A DNA stretch of 64,000 nt from Bacteroidota bacterium (GCA_947479755.1 CANKAM010000005.1:52187-116186); one strand, 5' to 3'; counted from the first letter of the stretch, positions 29,076 through 39,345 are shown. Notes: generated from the letters alone by a model not told the origin. Numbers and translations are program-made.

Positions 29076-29789
29076 ATGGCAAATCCGTATTTCAAATTTA
29101 AACAGTTCGCTATTCATCACGACCGCTCGTCACTAAAGGTGGGTACCGATGCCGTGTTGCTGGGTGCCTGGGCCGATGTTGCGGATGCTAAACGTATTTT
29201 AGACATTGGAACAGGTTCGGGCGTTATTGCCCTGATGCTGGCACAGCGCAGCACGGCACAGATTGATGCCATTGATATTGACGAAGAATCAACCAAACAG
29301 GCGCAGGAAAACTTTGATGCTTCACCATGGTCTGAACGATTAAGCGTGCATAACATTTCGCTGAATGATTTTACGGCTACTGCAACGGCAAAGTATGATT
29401 TGGTGGTAAGCAACCCACCCTACTTCACCGATTCGTTTAAACCCACCGACCCGCAGCGTTTCAGCGCGCGGCATAACGACCAGCTTCCTATAAACGAGTT
29501 GGCCGAAAACACCGCAAAGCTGATTAGCGCCAATGGCAGGTTCTGCGTTATTCTTCCGGTAAAAGAAGCAGGCCTGCTGACTGCCGCCTTGCGCAACTTC
29601 GGACTTTTTCCCGAAAAGGAGTTTTGGGTGTATTCGTTTACGGGCAAAGAGGTTTTTCGCAAACTTATCTTATTTGGCAAAAACGAAACCAACTGCGTTC
29701 GCGAAGAACTAACTATAGAAACCGGCCCTGGGCAAGGTTATTCAAAAGAGTATATTGAACTGACAAAGGAGTATTATTTAAATTTTTGA
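29076..29789 (+). CDS. tRNA1(Val) (adenine37-N6)-methyltransferase (TrmN6/YfiC-like)
   Basis: FKFKQFAIHHDRSSLKVGTDAVLLGAW N-terminus, SAM motif ILDIGTGSG and DLVVSNPPYF. Confidence 0.75.
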   Translation: MANPYFKFKQFAIHHDRSSLKVGTDAVLLGAWADVADAKRILDIGTGSGVIALMLAQRSTAQIDAIDIDEESTKQAQENFDASPWSERLSVHNISLNDFTATATAKYDLVVSNPPYFTDSFKPTDPQRFSARHNDQLPINELAENTAKLISANGRFCVILPVKEAGLLTAALRNFGLFPEKEFWVYSFTGKEVFRKLILFGKNETNCVREELTIETGPGQGYSKEYIELTKEYYLNF

Positions 29790-29792
29790 AGA

Positions 29793-30404
29793 CTATTTCA
29801 CTTCAAAATCCAGCATTTTTTTATCACCAATAAAGGCTTGCAGGCGGTCGCCTGCTTTCACGGCTGCCACTCCTTCAGGCGTTCCGGTAAAGATTAAATC
29901 GCCCTGATTGAGGGTGAAGTATTTAGAAAGTTCAGAAATTATTTTGCTGAAGTTATGCAGCATCAATGAGGTGTTGCCCTTCTGCACGGGAGTGCCGTTT
30001 ACCTGCAAACTAAAGTCAAGGCTATTCAAATCTGCAAACTCTGTTTTTGAAACAAAATTGCTTACAGGTGCTGAGCCATCAAAGGCTTTTGCTTTTTCCC
30101 AGGGAAGACCTTTTTCTTTCAGCTTGCTTTGCAGGTCACGGGCGGTAAAGTCAATACCTATGCCTATTTCATTAAAATAATCGTCAGCAAATTTTTCGGT
30201 AATGTGTTTTCCGCGTTTAGAGATTTTCAAAACCACTTCCACTTCGTGGTGCACATCTTTTGAAAAGTCAGGGATATAAAAAGCCTCATTATTGCGCAGC
30301 AAAGCTGTATCGGGCTTCAGAAAAAAAACAGGTTCGGCAGGTACTTCGTTTTTAAGCTCCTGAATGTGTGCAGCGTAGTTGCGTCCGATGCAGAGAATTT
30401 TCAT
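29793..30404 (-). CDS. Fumarylacetoacetate hydrolase (FAH) family protein
   Basis: KILCIGRNYAAH, and FFLKP and EVELV motifs of the FAH/HpcE-like fold. Confidence 0.8.
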   Translation of the reverse strand: MKILCIGRNYAAHIQELKNEVPAEPVFFLKPDTALLRNNEAFYIPDFSKDVHHEVEVVLKISKRGKHITEKFADDYFNEIGIGIDFTARDLQSKLKEKGLPWEKAKAFDGSAPVSNFVSKTEFADLNSLDFSLQVNGTPVQKGNTSLMLHNFSKIISELSKYFTLNQGDLIFTGTPEGVAAVKAGDRLQAFIGDKKMLDFEVK

Positions 30405-30479
30405 AATTATAGTTATTTACCGCTAAGGCGCTAAGAACGTAAAGAAATATAAAAACTTCGCGTCTTTGCGGTGAAAAAA

Positions 30480-31244
30480 TTATTTATTGAAAGAGCGCAA
30501 ACGTATTTCGGTCAGCACTTTTTTAGTGTATTGGGGAAAATCGGCAGTCATCATCCAATTGTAGTAACTGGGCTCGGCACTTAAAATGGCTGTAACAACT
30601 TTGCCTTTGTGCTTCCCGAAATTAATTACCTCTTCGTTTTTTTCGTTAAAAATAATGTGTCCTGCAAAGTCAACATTGCGGTTACGGATAGAGAAGTCAT
30701 GCAGGAATTTCACATCGTTTTGCAACTCAGGATAACGCTCTAACTGCGCTTCTAAAACTTCATATGTTGCCAGTGTATCAGCTTCTGCGCTGTGTGCATT
30801 TTCTAAATCTTTCTGGCAATAAAACTTGTAAGCAGCAGAAAGAGTGCGTTGTTCCATTTTATGAAAGATGTTCTGTACATCAACAATTCTGCGGCTTTTC
30901 ACATCAAAGTCAACACCCACTCTTAAAAATTCTTCCACCAGCAGTGGCACATCAAAGTTCAGGCAGTTGTAACCGGCAAGATCGCAATCTGCAAGATAGT
31001 TTTTCAGTTCATGGGCAAAATCCGCAAACAAAGGTTTGTCCTTTACATCAGCATCGTAAATTCCATGCACGACTGAGGCATCGGCAGGAATAGGAATTCC
31101 GGGATTTATTCTTCGCGTAATACTTTCTTTATCTCCACCGGGAAGAACCTTAACAACTGAAATTTCTACTATTTTGTCGGTGGCAACTTTTACACCTGTA
31201 GTTTCAAGGTCAAAAACGGCTAAAGCCTTATTGAGTTTAATCAT
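30480..31244 (-). CDS. DEDDh-type 3'-5' exonuclease domain protein (DnaQ-like)
   Basis: VFDLETTG (Exo I), and NFDVPLL and HSAEADT (Exo III) motifs. The start overlaps the stop of 31241..33169 by 4 nt. Confidence 0.75.
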   Translation of the reverse strand: MIKLNKALAVFDLETTGVKVATDKIVEISVVKVLPGGDKESITRRINPGIPIPADASVVHGIYDADVKDKPLFADFAHELKNYLADCDLAGYNCLNFDVPLLVEEFLRVGVDFDVKSRRIVDVQNIFHKMEQRTLSAAYKFYCQKDLENAHSAEADTLATYEVLEAQLERYPELQNDVKFLHDFSIRNRNVDFAGHIIFNEKNEEVINFGKHKGKVVTAILSAEPSYYNWMMTADFPQYTKKVLTEIRLRSFNK

Positions 31245-33169
31245 GGTTTGGTTGGGGTCGTCTGCACAAGTCCTTTCTGCATCAGGGTAATGTCTTTTAG
31301 TATGGTAGGCAGATAACTGCTCTTGTCGAAGATATTCAGGTCTTCTGATATTTTGTCGTAGCCATCAACTTCCACTTCCAGTTTATAGTTTCCGGGCTTA
31401 AGAATAATCACATACGTTCCTTTTTTGCCTGGCTTGTATGAGCCAATAATATCTCCTGATGCAGGGTCAAGCACATTAATAGATACCTCTACTCCGGGTT
31501 TATTAAGAATAGATTTTGTTTCGGCAGCAACAGGTTTATAATTTGGAATTGGAAGTTTTTTAGAGCGGGTTTCCATCCATTCAAAACCAGATGCATCTTT
31601 CGGAAAAGTTTCGGGTGTATATTTTTTTACTTCTCCATTCATCTTCCCGATGATAGAAATTTCCATCACCTGCCCTTCGGGAATTTCCATTTTCTTATCT
31701 TCTTTAAATGTCCAACCCGGTTTATCTTTCGGATACCATTCATCTGTAAAATAAACATCGCGAGTGCCATCAGTATAAATATGAAAATTGACAACTTTCT
31801 TCTCAGGCTTTTCCATCACCTGAATTTTTCCGGTAACGGCAGATTCCTGCTCTTCCACTTCATTGTAAATAACACGGTAAATATCCAGTTCGCCTATACC
31901 GCCCGGACGAAGAGCGGAAACGTAACCATAACGTGAGTTATCAGAACGAGAAAAAGTAAAATTATCCTGTGTGTTATTAATAGGGTAACCCAGGTTTTGC
32001 GGTCGCGACCAACGTTTCATTTTAGCATCCCATTCGCTGCGGAACACATCGTAACCGCCCATGCTGTTATGTCCCTTAGAAGCAAAATACAACAGCTTGC
32101 CATCTCCTGAAATGTAGGGGAACTCCTCGTCATACTGCGTATTGATGGTTGGTCCAAGGTTTACGGGTTCGCACCATGTTCCGTTTGGTAATTTATGTGC
32201 AACATAAATATCTGTTCCACCAAAACCGGGGTTCTCTAAAGGTGTACGAGAGAAATAAATGGTATTTCCGTCAAGCGTTAAACTTGCAGCTGTTTCGGTT
32301 TCAACCGTATTAATATACTCTCCAAGGGAAACCGATTTCTGAAATGAAATTTTTGAACCGCGTGTTTTGCTTTCGCTCATCCAGATATCGTCATAGCCTT
32401 CAATGTTATCAATACCAATCAGAATGTATCCACCATCTGCCGAAAGACCTACTACCTCTTCCACCCAATCAGTATTAATGGTTGGTCCCAGGTTTTTTGA
32501 TTTTTGAAATTCTCCGTCTTTTTCAAATGAAACAAAAACGTCAGCGCATTTTGCTCCATCAAAATCAAGATTGCCGCCTGTTACTTCTTTTCTTTTGGTT
32601 GAAAAAACTACAAATGATTCATCTGAAGGTACAAATGGATTGTAATCAGATTCAAGAGAGTTTACTTTTTTGCCAAGATTTTCAAATGTTACATTTACAG
32701 GCTTTTTCATCAGTTCCTTTGCGTTGGTGCATATTTCAATCTGACGAATGGCTTCTACAACTTTACCTCCCTGAGAAATGGATGTTTTGTATTTAGTAAA
32801 CGCCTCAATAGCCTGATCAAGACTATCATTAACCAAATAGGCACGACCTAAATCGTAATAAATATCATCATCAGTTTTGCCAAGTGCAATTGCCTTTTTC
32901 AGGTACTGAATGGCATAAGATTTATCAATATTGGTATTCAGATAAGATATTCCTATACGATAGTTGTAAAGCACATTATCCTGCTCTTTGGTAATAAGAG
33001 CAAGGTATTCTCCTAATGCAGCTCTGTAGTTTCCAAATTCAAAATTATCTCTGGCAACTTTTTTTTCCACTTCACCAACTTTGGGAACAACTAATTGGGC
33101 AATAGAAAATTTAGAAAGAAAAAAGAAAGAAAAAAAAAGAAGAGCGAATAATAAACTTCTTTTACTCAT
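31241..33169 (-). CDS. Secreted TPR - PD40 (TolB-like beta-propeller) - carboxypeptidase-regulatory-like beta-sandwich protein. PorE-like but lacking the OmpA_C domain.
   Basis: Signal peptide and N-terminal TPR helices. Repeated PD40 blades (F.S.R....GG.D.(Y/F)...., LGP.INT....E). C-terminal segment GTYVIILKPGNYKLEVEVDGY. No OmpA motif. Confidence 0.7.
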   Translation of the reverse strand: MSKRSLLFALLFFSFFFLSKFSIAQLVVPKVGEVEKKVARDNFEFGNYRAALGEYLALITKEQDNVLYNYRIGISYLNTNIDKSYAIQYLKKAIALGKTDDDIYYDLGRAYLVNDSLDQAIEAFTKYKTSISQGGKVVEAIRQIEICTNAKELMKKPVNVTFENLGKKVNSLESDYNPFVPSDESFVVFSTKRKEVTGGNLDFDGAKCADVFVSFEKDGEFQKSKNLGPTINTDWVEEVVGLSADGGYILIGIDNIEGYDDIWMSESKTRGSKISFQKSVSLGEYINTVETETAASLTLDGNTIYFSRTPLENPGFGGTDIYVAHKLPNGTWCEPVNLGPTINTQYDEEFPYISGDGKLLYFASKGHNSMGGYDVFRSEWDAKMKRWSRPQNLGYPINNTQDNFTFSRSDNSRYGYVSALRPGGIGELDIYRVIYNEVEEQESAVTGKIQVMEKPEKKVVNFHIYTDGTRDVYFTDEWYPKDKPGWTFKEDKKMEIPEGQVMEISIIGKMNGEVKKYTPETFPKDASGFEWMETRSKKLPIPNYKPVAAETKSILNKPGVEVSINVLDPASGDIIGSYKPGKKGTYVIILKPGNYKLEVEVDGYDKISEDLNIFDKSSYLPTILKDITLMQKGLVQTTPTKP

Positions 33170-33215
33170 TATATTATTTGCTTTGGAAATAAATACTGCA
33201 AAACACCTTCAAAAA

Positions 33216-36200
33216 TTAAGGAGTTTTATATTTTTTAACTTCCATTTCAAGCAAAGACTCGGTAATAGCTATGTCTGTATTTTTAAAGCAGAAGATACCA
33301 CCCCAGTTCCATGTCTTTTTGTCGTAAACTGTAACCGTTCCCTTGTCGTTAATGATATATCTTTTCAGCTTAAAATCTTTACCATCAATATTCTCTTCAG
33401 TAAGACCCTCCGGGTAAATCAAAGCGATATCAGAAAGAAATTGTACTCTTCTGTCTTTTTCACTAAGTTGATTATTTTTAGCCCTTTCCTGTGCTTCTTC
33501 AAAACGTTTCTTCCTCTCACTTTCACTTAAACGCTTGGCGTCTTCCTGCGCTATTTTGTATTGCTCAGCACGTAATTTTTCTTCTTCCAGACGTTTTACT
33601 TCAGCAGCAGCTTTTGCTTTTGCTTCAGCTTCATCACGCACACGTTTTTCTTCTGCTAAACGTACAGCCTCTTCACGTGCTTTCTTTTCAGCTTCTGCTC
33701 TTGCTTTAGCATCTGTTTCATCTTTTATGCGCTTTGCTTCGGCTAAGCGAGCAGCTTCTTCACGTGCTTTTTGCTCTGCCTCGGCTTTAGATTTTGCAAC
33801 AGCCGCTTCCTGTACACGTTTTTCTTCTTCTTTTCGCGCAAACTCTGCTTCTGCCTTAGCCTCTGCTTCTGCCTGCAAGCGCTTAGCTTCTGCCACTCGA
33901 GCAGCTTCTTCAGCAGCTTTTTTGTCAGCTTCGGCTTTTGCTTTTGAATCAGCTTCTTCTTTCAAACGCTTAGCTTCTGCCACTCGAGCAGCTTCTTCAG
34001 CAGCTTTTTTGTCAGCTTCTGCTTTAGCTTTGGCATCAGCCTCTTCCTTCAATCGTTTTGCTTCGGCTAAACGAGCTGCTTCCTCATCCTTACGTTTCTG
34101 CTCTGCTTCTGCTTTTGCTTTAGCATCTGCAATTTCGCTTATGCGCTTTTCCTCTGCCAGTCGTGCAAGTTCATCAGCTTTTGCTTTGACTGCAGCTTCC
34201 TCTGCCAATCGTTTTTCTTCTGCTGCTTTTTGTTTTGCTTCTTCAGCAATTTTCTTGATATCTGCTGCTAAACGGGCTTCTTCCCCTGCTTTAGCTTTTG
34301 CCGCTTCCTCTTTCTGACGTTTTTCTTCTGTTAAGCGGACAACTTCATCAGCTTTAGCTTTAGCTGCGGCTTCATCAGCTAATCGTTTTTCTTCTGCTGC
34401 TTTTTGTTTTGCTTCTTCACCGGCTTTCTTGGTCTCTGCTGCAAGACGTGCTTCTTCCTCTGCTTTAGCTTTTGCAGCTTCCTCTTTCTGACGTTTTTCT
34501 TCTGTTAAGCGAGTTGCTTCATCAGCTTTAGCTTTTGCTGCGGCTTCATCTGCCAATCGTTTTTCTTCTGCTGCTTTTTGTTTTGCTTCTTCACCGGCCT
34601 TCTTGGTCTCTGCTGCAAGACGTGCTTCTTCCTCTGCTTTAGCTTTTGTAGTTTCCTCTTTTTGGCGTTTTTCTTCTGCTAAACCGTTAGCTTCTTCTTT
34701 AGCCTTTCTCTCTTCCTCAATCTTAGCTTCAGCTTTTGCTTTTGCATCAGCTTCTTCTTTTATGCGGTTTTTCTCAGCCAATTTTGCTTCTTCTTCTTTT
34801 CTTTTTTCTTCGGCTTCAGCCTTTGCTTTTGCATCAGCTACTTCTTTCAAACGCTTTTCTTCTGCAGCCTTAGCTAATTCTTCTTTTACACGCTTCTCCT
34901 GTTCTGCTTTTGCTTGAGCTTCTTCTTTTTGCTTTCCGGCATCTGCAAATAGTACTTGCGCAGCATCTGATTTTGAGGCAAGAATTTCTTTTGATTTTTG
35001 CTCAATTTCTACCCTGCGCTTCTCCTGCTCAGCAACTTCAGTTGCTTTCTTCTGTTCAAATGATTTTTGCAGTTGTTGAACTTCAACTAAATCTGCAGCC
35101 GATTGAAGTGATCTGAAATCAATACCTATAGCAGGCTGACCACTTTCTTCCGCTTTTTTTACATCTCGTTCATATTGCTCATACATGGCAACCGCTTTTT
35201 CTTCACGATAAGGAGCATTAGCTGGTAACGCATTTTTTAATGCGTTGATTGTTGTCTCTCGATTTCCAGCACCTGTAGTAATTGCGTCCTGAATTTTCTT
35301 TCCCTGTTCAGACTTTGTCTGTTGCAGTTTTTCTTCACGAACTTTTTCAACTCCAACTTCTGCTTTTTTAGATTCAGCCTGACGCTCTTTGCGTTTCTCT
35401 TCCATGGCCATGTAAAGCGCAACTTCGCTATTTTTCATAGCATCTTCTTTCTTTTTGTGCTCAGCATCAACCGCTGTTAATTCTGCTTGTTTACCTGCAT
35501 TGAAAATTGATTTGTAATCAACTGCAGCATAATTTTTACCTTGCTCCTGCATGATTTTTCTATCTGCTTCGTATTTCTCATACATTGCAGTAGCTTTATG
35601 TTCAGCAAAAGGATCATCTTTACCGAATGTTTGTTTAAAGGCTTCTATCATTTTCACTTTATCTCCTGCAGCAGATTTAACAGCTTCTTCAATTTTAGCA
35701 ACAGCTGCAGCTTCTTCTTTCGCGCTTTTCTCATTTACCTTTTGCATGTACTCATCTACTCTTGCTTTCTGCTCCTGAGATTGTTTTTGCTCTGCTTCAT
35801 CCTGAGCTTTAATTTCTGCAAAATTAGCAGCAGCAAACAATGCAGAATAATCTACATTTGAAAAGGTTGATCCTGATAGTTTTTGTTTTTCATAAGCCTC
35901 ATATAGCGCAGTAGCTTTTGCTTCTTTATAAGGGTCTTCTTTCGCGTAAATAGTTTCAAGTTGCTTAATTGTTTCTTCTTTATTGCCTGCACCTGTTTTA
36001 ATAGCCTGCTCAATTTTTTGTTTTTGCTCGGTTTCTGCTTTTTCGCGCAGTACTTGTTGTACACGTTCTGCCTCCTCTAGTTTTCCTTTCATCTCAACAG
36101 CAGCAGCTTCTTTTTGCTTTTCAAGTGCCTGTTTCTCAGTTTTTGCTATTTCTTCTTTTGCAATACGTATTTGTTCCTGAACTTTTTTAACTTCTTCTTC

Positions 36201-37040
36201 TTTTGCTTTTACTATTTGTTGTTCAGTCTTTTTTCCTTCCTGAAATAATATGCCATAATCAACTGTTCCGTTTGTTCCCTTTTGTTTTTCATACGCCTGA
36301 TATATTGCTTCTGCCTTTTTTTGGGCAAGAGTATCGGTATCTAGAAATGTTTTCTTTAAAGCATTTATTGTTGTTTGTTTGTCTCCATTTCCTGATTTTA
36401 TTGCATCTTCAACTTTTTCTTGTCCTAATGTTTTTTCATCTGCTATAAGAGTTTTTGCCTGCATTTCGAGCAACGCCTTGTCTTCTGCAGCCTTTCTCTG
36501 AAACTCTAATTTTTCAAGCCTTTCGCGCTCTAACTTTGCTTCCTCTTCCAGTTCTTCTTTTGAGTAATCTAACTGATAGTCAAATTCTTTTTTCCTCGCG
36601 TAATAGAAAACATTTGCAACAGGGTTAATATAACCGAGACCATCACGGTCAGGTACAAGGTCAACTATAAAACCAAAAGGTTCAGGCTGATTTGTAAGTG
36701 CATATACCTCTGTATCAAAGGTTACTTTTTTTGTGGTATAGCCTCCTACAGCAACTTCAATCATATACTTTCCTTCAAGGTCTAATTTGAAAGAAAATTT
36801 TCCATCACCTTTTGTTAATTGTTTTTCAATTTCAACCCATTTGCCGGTTTTATCAATATCCTGATAAAGAATAACAATAACGTTCTTTAGTTTATCCTGA
36901 AGTTCCTGCGCAGAGCCATTTATAACTAGTTTCCCGGGAATACTGCCGGCAGGCGGCTTCTCCTGCTCAAGCAAAACCTGTGCAGAAACAGAAAGCGATA
37001 ATTGAGAAAGAAGGAATAAAGAAAGTAGTATTTTTTTCAT
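33216..37040 (-). CDS. Giant secreted protein (1274 aa): an N-terminal carboxypeptidase-regulatory-like beta-sandwich, then four roughly 60-aa helical modules, then a Lys/Ala/Glu-rich coiled coil of more than 800 aa (TolA domain II-like) and a small C-terminal domain
   Basis: Signal peptide MKKILLSLFLLSQLSLSVSAQ. Beta-sandwich motif GKYMIEVAVGGYTTKKVTF. Long runs of EEKRLKEEADAKAKAEA. Contains internal in-frame DNA tandem repeats. Confidence 0.7.
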   Translation of the reverse strand: MKKILLSLFLLSQLSLSVSAQVLLEQEKPPAGSIPGKLVINGSAQELQDKLKNVIVILYQDIDKTGKWVEIEKQLTKGDGKFSFKLDLEGKYMIEVAVGGYTTKKVTFDTEVYALTNQPEPFGFIVDLVPDRDGLGYINPVANVFYYARKKEFDYQLDYSKEELEEEAKLERERLEKLEFQRKAAEDKALLEMQAKTLIADEKTLGQEKVEDAIKSGNGDKQTTINALKKTFLDTDTLAQKKAEAIYQAYEKQKGTNGTVDYGILFQEGKKTEQQIVKAKEEEVKKVQEQIRIAKEEIAKTEKQALEKQKEAAAVEMKGKLEEAERVQQVLREKAETEQKQKIEQAIKTGAGNKEETIKQLETIYAKEDPYKEAKATALYEAYEKQKLSGSTFSNVDYSALFAAANFAEIKAQDEAEQKQSQEQKARVDEYMQKVNEKSAKEEAAAVAKIEEAVKSAAGDKVKMIEAFKQTFGKDDPFAEHKATAMYEKYEADRKIMQEQGKNYAAVDYKSIFNAGKQAELTAVDAEHKKKEDAMKNSEVALYMAMEEKRKERQAESKKAEVGVEKVREEKLQQTKSEQGKKIQDAITTGAGNRETTINALKNALPANAPYREEKAVAMYEQYERDVKKAEESGQPAIGIDFRSLQSAADLVEVQQLQKSFEQKKATEVAEQEKRRVEIEQKSKEILASKSDAAQVLFADAGKQKEEAQAKAEQEKRVKEELAKAAEEKRLKEVADAKAKAEAEEKRKEEEAKLAEKNRIKEEADAKAKAEAKIEEERKAKEEANGLAEEKRQKEETTKAKAEEEARLAAETKKAGEEAKQKAAEEKRLADEAAAKAKADEATRLTEEKRQKEEAAKAKAEEEARLAAETKKAGEEAKQKAAEEKRLADEAAAKAKADEVVRLTEEKRQKEEAAKAKAGEEARLAADIKKIAEEAKQKAAEEKRLAEEAAVKAKADELARLAEEKRISEIADAKAKAEAEQKRKDEEAARLAEAKRLKEEADAKAKAEADKKAAEEAARVAEAKRLKEEADSKAKAEADKKAAEEAARVAEAKRLQAEAEAKAEAEFARKEEEKRVQEAAVAKSKAEAEQKAREEAARLAEAKRIKDETDAKARAEAEKKAREEAVRLAEEKRVRDEAEAKAKAAAEVKRLEEEKLRAEQYKIAQEDAKRLSESERKKRFEEAQERAKNNQLSEKDRRVQFLSDIALIYPEGLTEENIDGKDFKLKRYIINDKGTVTVYDKKTWNWGGIFCFKNTDIAITESLLEMEVKKYKTP
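33883..34056. repeat. Two near-identical in-frame 87-bp tandem repeats (29-aa unit AEAKRLKEEADAKAKAEADKKAAEEAARV) inside CDS 33216..37040
   Basis: TAGCTTCTGCCACTCGAGCAGCTTCTTCAGCAGCTTTTTTGTCAGCTTC occurs at 33883 and again at 33970. Confidence 0.7.
34310..34830. repeat. Three in-frame tandem copies of a 174-bp (58-aa) unit inside CDS 33216..37040; the first two are near-identical
   Basis: CTTTCTGACGTTTTTCTTCTGTTAAGCG... restarts at 34310 and 34484, with a diverged third copy near 34656. The protein unit is AEEKRLADEAAAKAKADEATRLTEEKRQKEEAAKAKAEEEARLAAETKKAGEEAKQKA. Confidence 0.8.
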
Positions 37041-37107
37041 CTCAACTCTTAAATTTTTTAAACAACTAATTTACGAACTTTCAGATTACTATAGTTGTCC
37101 CCGAAAA

Positions 37108-39345
37108 TTATTTCCCTGCTGTGGTAATAATTTTTTTACCGTCAACACTTAAAATAGTAAGTTCAATTCTTCTGTTCATCTGGCGACCTTCCAGATCATC
37201 ATCACCATTAGGTTTTAGATTATCAGCAATAGGCTTAGCTTCCCCATAACCTTTGGTAACAACTCTTTTGGCTTTTATACCTCGTTCATCCAACCATTTT
37301 TGAACGGATTTTGCCCTTCTTCTTGATAAATCAATATTGTATTCGTCAGTTCCTCTGGAGTCAGTATGACCTGCAACCTCAACAATCATTTCAGGATTTG
37401 AGGTCATAAAGTAATATAGTTTTGAAAGTTCAATAACTGACTCATCACGTATATTATCTTTGTCAAAATCGAAATAAATTCTTTCCAAAATAATTTTATC
37501 GCCCGGTTTAAATTTTTTGGTATTTGAAATATCTACGTCCATTAGTGATGGATCATAGCCAAGTTTTTTAATCACTTCAAGTTTTGCAAGTTCCTTTTCA
37601 AGTTCTACAATTTCATCTGCAAGTGTGAGATTCTGTTGTTCAACTTTAGGTATCTCCATAGTATATGTTTGATCCATTCTATATTTTGCATTTGGATCCG
37701 GACGCATGGTGTAATCTTGTATAATCTCTGAAATGAAAGAACTTTGACCTAACACTTCTACAACACCCATAGTATCAAAGTAAAGTGGGTTTTGAATATA
37801 AACACAATACTCGCCCGGCTGAAGTATTTGAACATAATTACTATTCCGGGAATTTGGTTTGTAGTAACCTATCAGTTCATTGGTTTCCATATTTGTAACT
37901 GACATTATAAATTCAGGCAGTTTCATGTCGGGATTTTTCTTCAACGAGTCTGCTATGTTTGTTATTGATCCTCTGACTAAACTCCTCTCCGGATCTACTT
38001 CGTTAAATGTTACTTTATAAATATCCTTTTCTCCAAATCCTTCCGGTCTGAATTGAGCAACATATCCATACCTTCCTGTAGTTGACATTGAAATATTATA
38101 ATCTTCATCTACCGTATTTATTGGGTAACCAAGATTTCTAGGTGTTGACCAGGTTTGGGTAAGTTCGTCCCAAACGGAAGTAAAAATATCAAAACCTCCC
38201 ATACTTACATGGCCTTCTGAAGCAAAATAGAGTGTTTTCCCATCTGCTGCGAGGTGCGGGAACGTTTCGTTGTATTTGGTATTAATAATCGGACCAAGGC
38301 TTACAGGATTTCCCCAGTTACCATTTGGCATTCGATACGACATAAAAATATCAGTGCCTCCATTAGTCGTCTTATCTTCACGTGAGAAGAATAGTTTACT
38401 AGCATCTGTAGATAGTCCTGCAGATGTTTCAATACCCTCTGAATTAATATTTGTTCCGAAAGTTTTATATTCTTCATAATACCTGCCTTTTCTTTGTGAG
38501 ACATAAACATCATCGTATCCGTCAAAGTTGTCAATAAAAACAAGCATTTCTTCACCATCAGCAGAAACTCCAACTACTTCCTCATACCACTCAGTATTTA
38601 CTGCTGAACCTATATTTCTTGCTTCTCCAAATTTCCCTCTTCGTTCATTTGCCCTGTAAATATCTGATGTTTTATATCCGTCATAGTCAATTTGTATACC
38701 TAAGCAATCTGGTCTTTTTGAAGTAAAAACAATGAATTCTTCATTTTCCGGAATAAACGGGTTATACTCAGGATAAGGTGTGTTGATGCGGCTACCAAGA
38801 TTTTCAAAAGTAACATCTAACGGATATTTAACAAGTTCCTTAGCATTAAAACACATTTCAATAACGCGGTCTCCGGCAATAATATTATCATTTGCGGAGC
38901 GCAGAATGTCCTTATATTTATTCAAAGTAATAATAGCCTCATCAAAACGGCCTACAAACTGATATGCACGTCCTAATTGATAAAGTGCTTCTTTATCAAA
39001 TTTTGGTTGCTGTGTAACAAATTCCAAATAGCTGATGGCTTTAGACTTATCAATATATGTTTCAAGATAGCAACAACCCACGTAAAAATTATAATCTACA
39101 TTCTGAGGATCATTTGCAAGAAGTAATAAGAATTCATCCAAAGCTGCTCTGAAATTTCCATTCCAATAATGTTCTAATCCCTTCTGTTTAGTTGGCTTAT
39201 ATATTTTATCTTCTTTTTCTTTTTTAATTTTATCCTCAACTTCCTGAGTAGTAGTAATGTCTCTTGACTGCGAAAACACAGCAAGAGGCAATGCTAATAG
39301 CGTAAAAACAAAAAATAAGAATGAAAAAGTATAGGTCTTTAACAT
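37108..39345 (-). CDS. PorE-like envelope protein: signal peptide - TPR - PD40 beta-propeller - carboxypeptidase-regulatory-like domain - short coiled coil - OmpA_C peptidoglycan-binding domain
   Basis: Four-domain order matches P. gingivalis PorE (PG1058). The OmpA_C motif is ...VEVAGHTDSRGTDEYNIDLSRRRAKSV..NRRIEL. Confidence 0.75.
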   Translation of the reverse strand: MLKTYTFSFLFFVFTLLALPLAVFSQSRDITTTQEVEDKIKKEKEDKIYKPTKQKGLEHYWNGNFRAALDEFLLLLANDPQNVDYNFYVGCCYLETYIDKSKAISYLEFVTQQPKFDKEALYQLGRAYQFVGRFDEAIITLNKYKDILRSANDNIIAGDRVIEMCFNAKELVKYPLDVTFENLGSRINTPYPEYNPFIPENEEFIVFTSKRPDCLGIQIDYDGYKTSDIYRANERRGKFGEARNIGSAVNTEWYEEVVGVSADGEEMLVFIDNFDGYDDVYVSQRKGRYYEEYKTFGTNINSEGIETSAGLSTDASKLFFSREDKTTNGGTDIFMSYRMPNGNWGNPVSLGPIINTKYNETFPHLAADGKTLYFASEGHVSMGGFDIFTSVWDELTQTWSTPRNLGYPINTVDEDYNISMSTTGRYGYVAQFRPEGFGEKDIYKVTFNEVDPERSLVRGSITNIADSLKKNPDMKLPEFIMSVTNMETNELIGYYKPNSRNSNYVQILQPGEYCVYIQNPLYFDTMGVVEVLGQSSFISEIIQDYTMRPDPNAKYRMDQTYTMEIPKVEQQNLTLADEIVELEKELAKLEVIKKLGYDPSLMDVDISNTKKFKPGDKIILERIYFDFDKDNIRDESVIELSKLYYFMTSNPEMIVEVAGHTDSRGTDEYNIDLSRRRAKSVQKWLDERGIKAKRVVTKGYGEAKPIADNLKPNGDDDLEGRQMNRRIELTILSVDGKKIITTAGK

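Noticed and set aside
33535-34917. Ala/Ser-rich plus-strand ORFs (33535..34317, 34603..34917, 34910..35116)
   Set aside because: They are antisense to the Lys/Ala/Glu-rich coiled-coil gene 33216..37040. Reverse reading of GCT/GAA/AAA-rich codons gives long stop-free Ala/Ser frames. No signal or domain is present, so these are artefacts.
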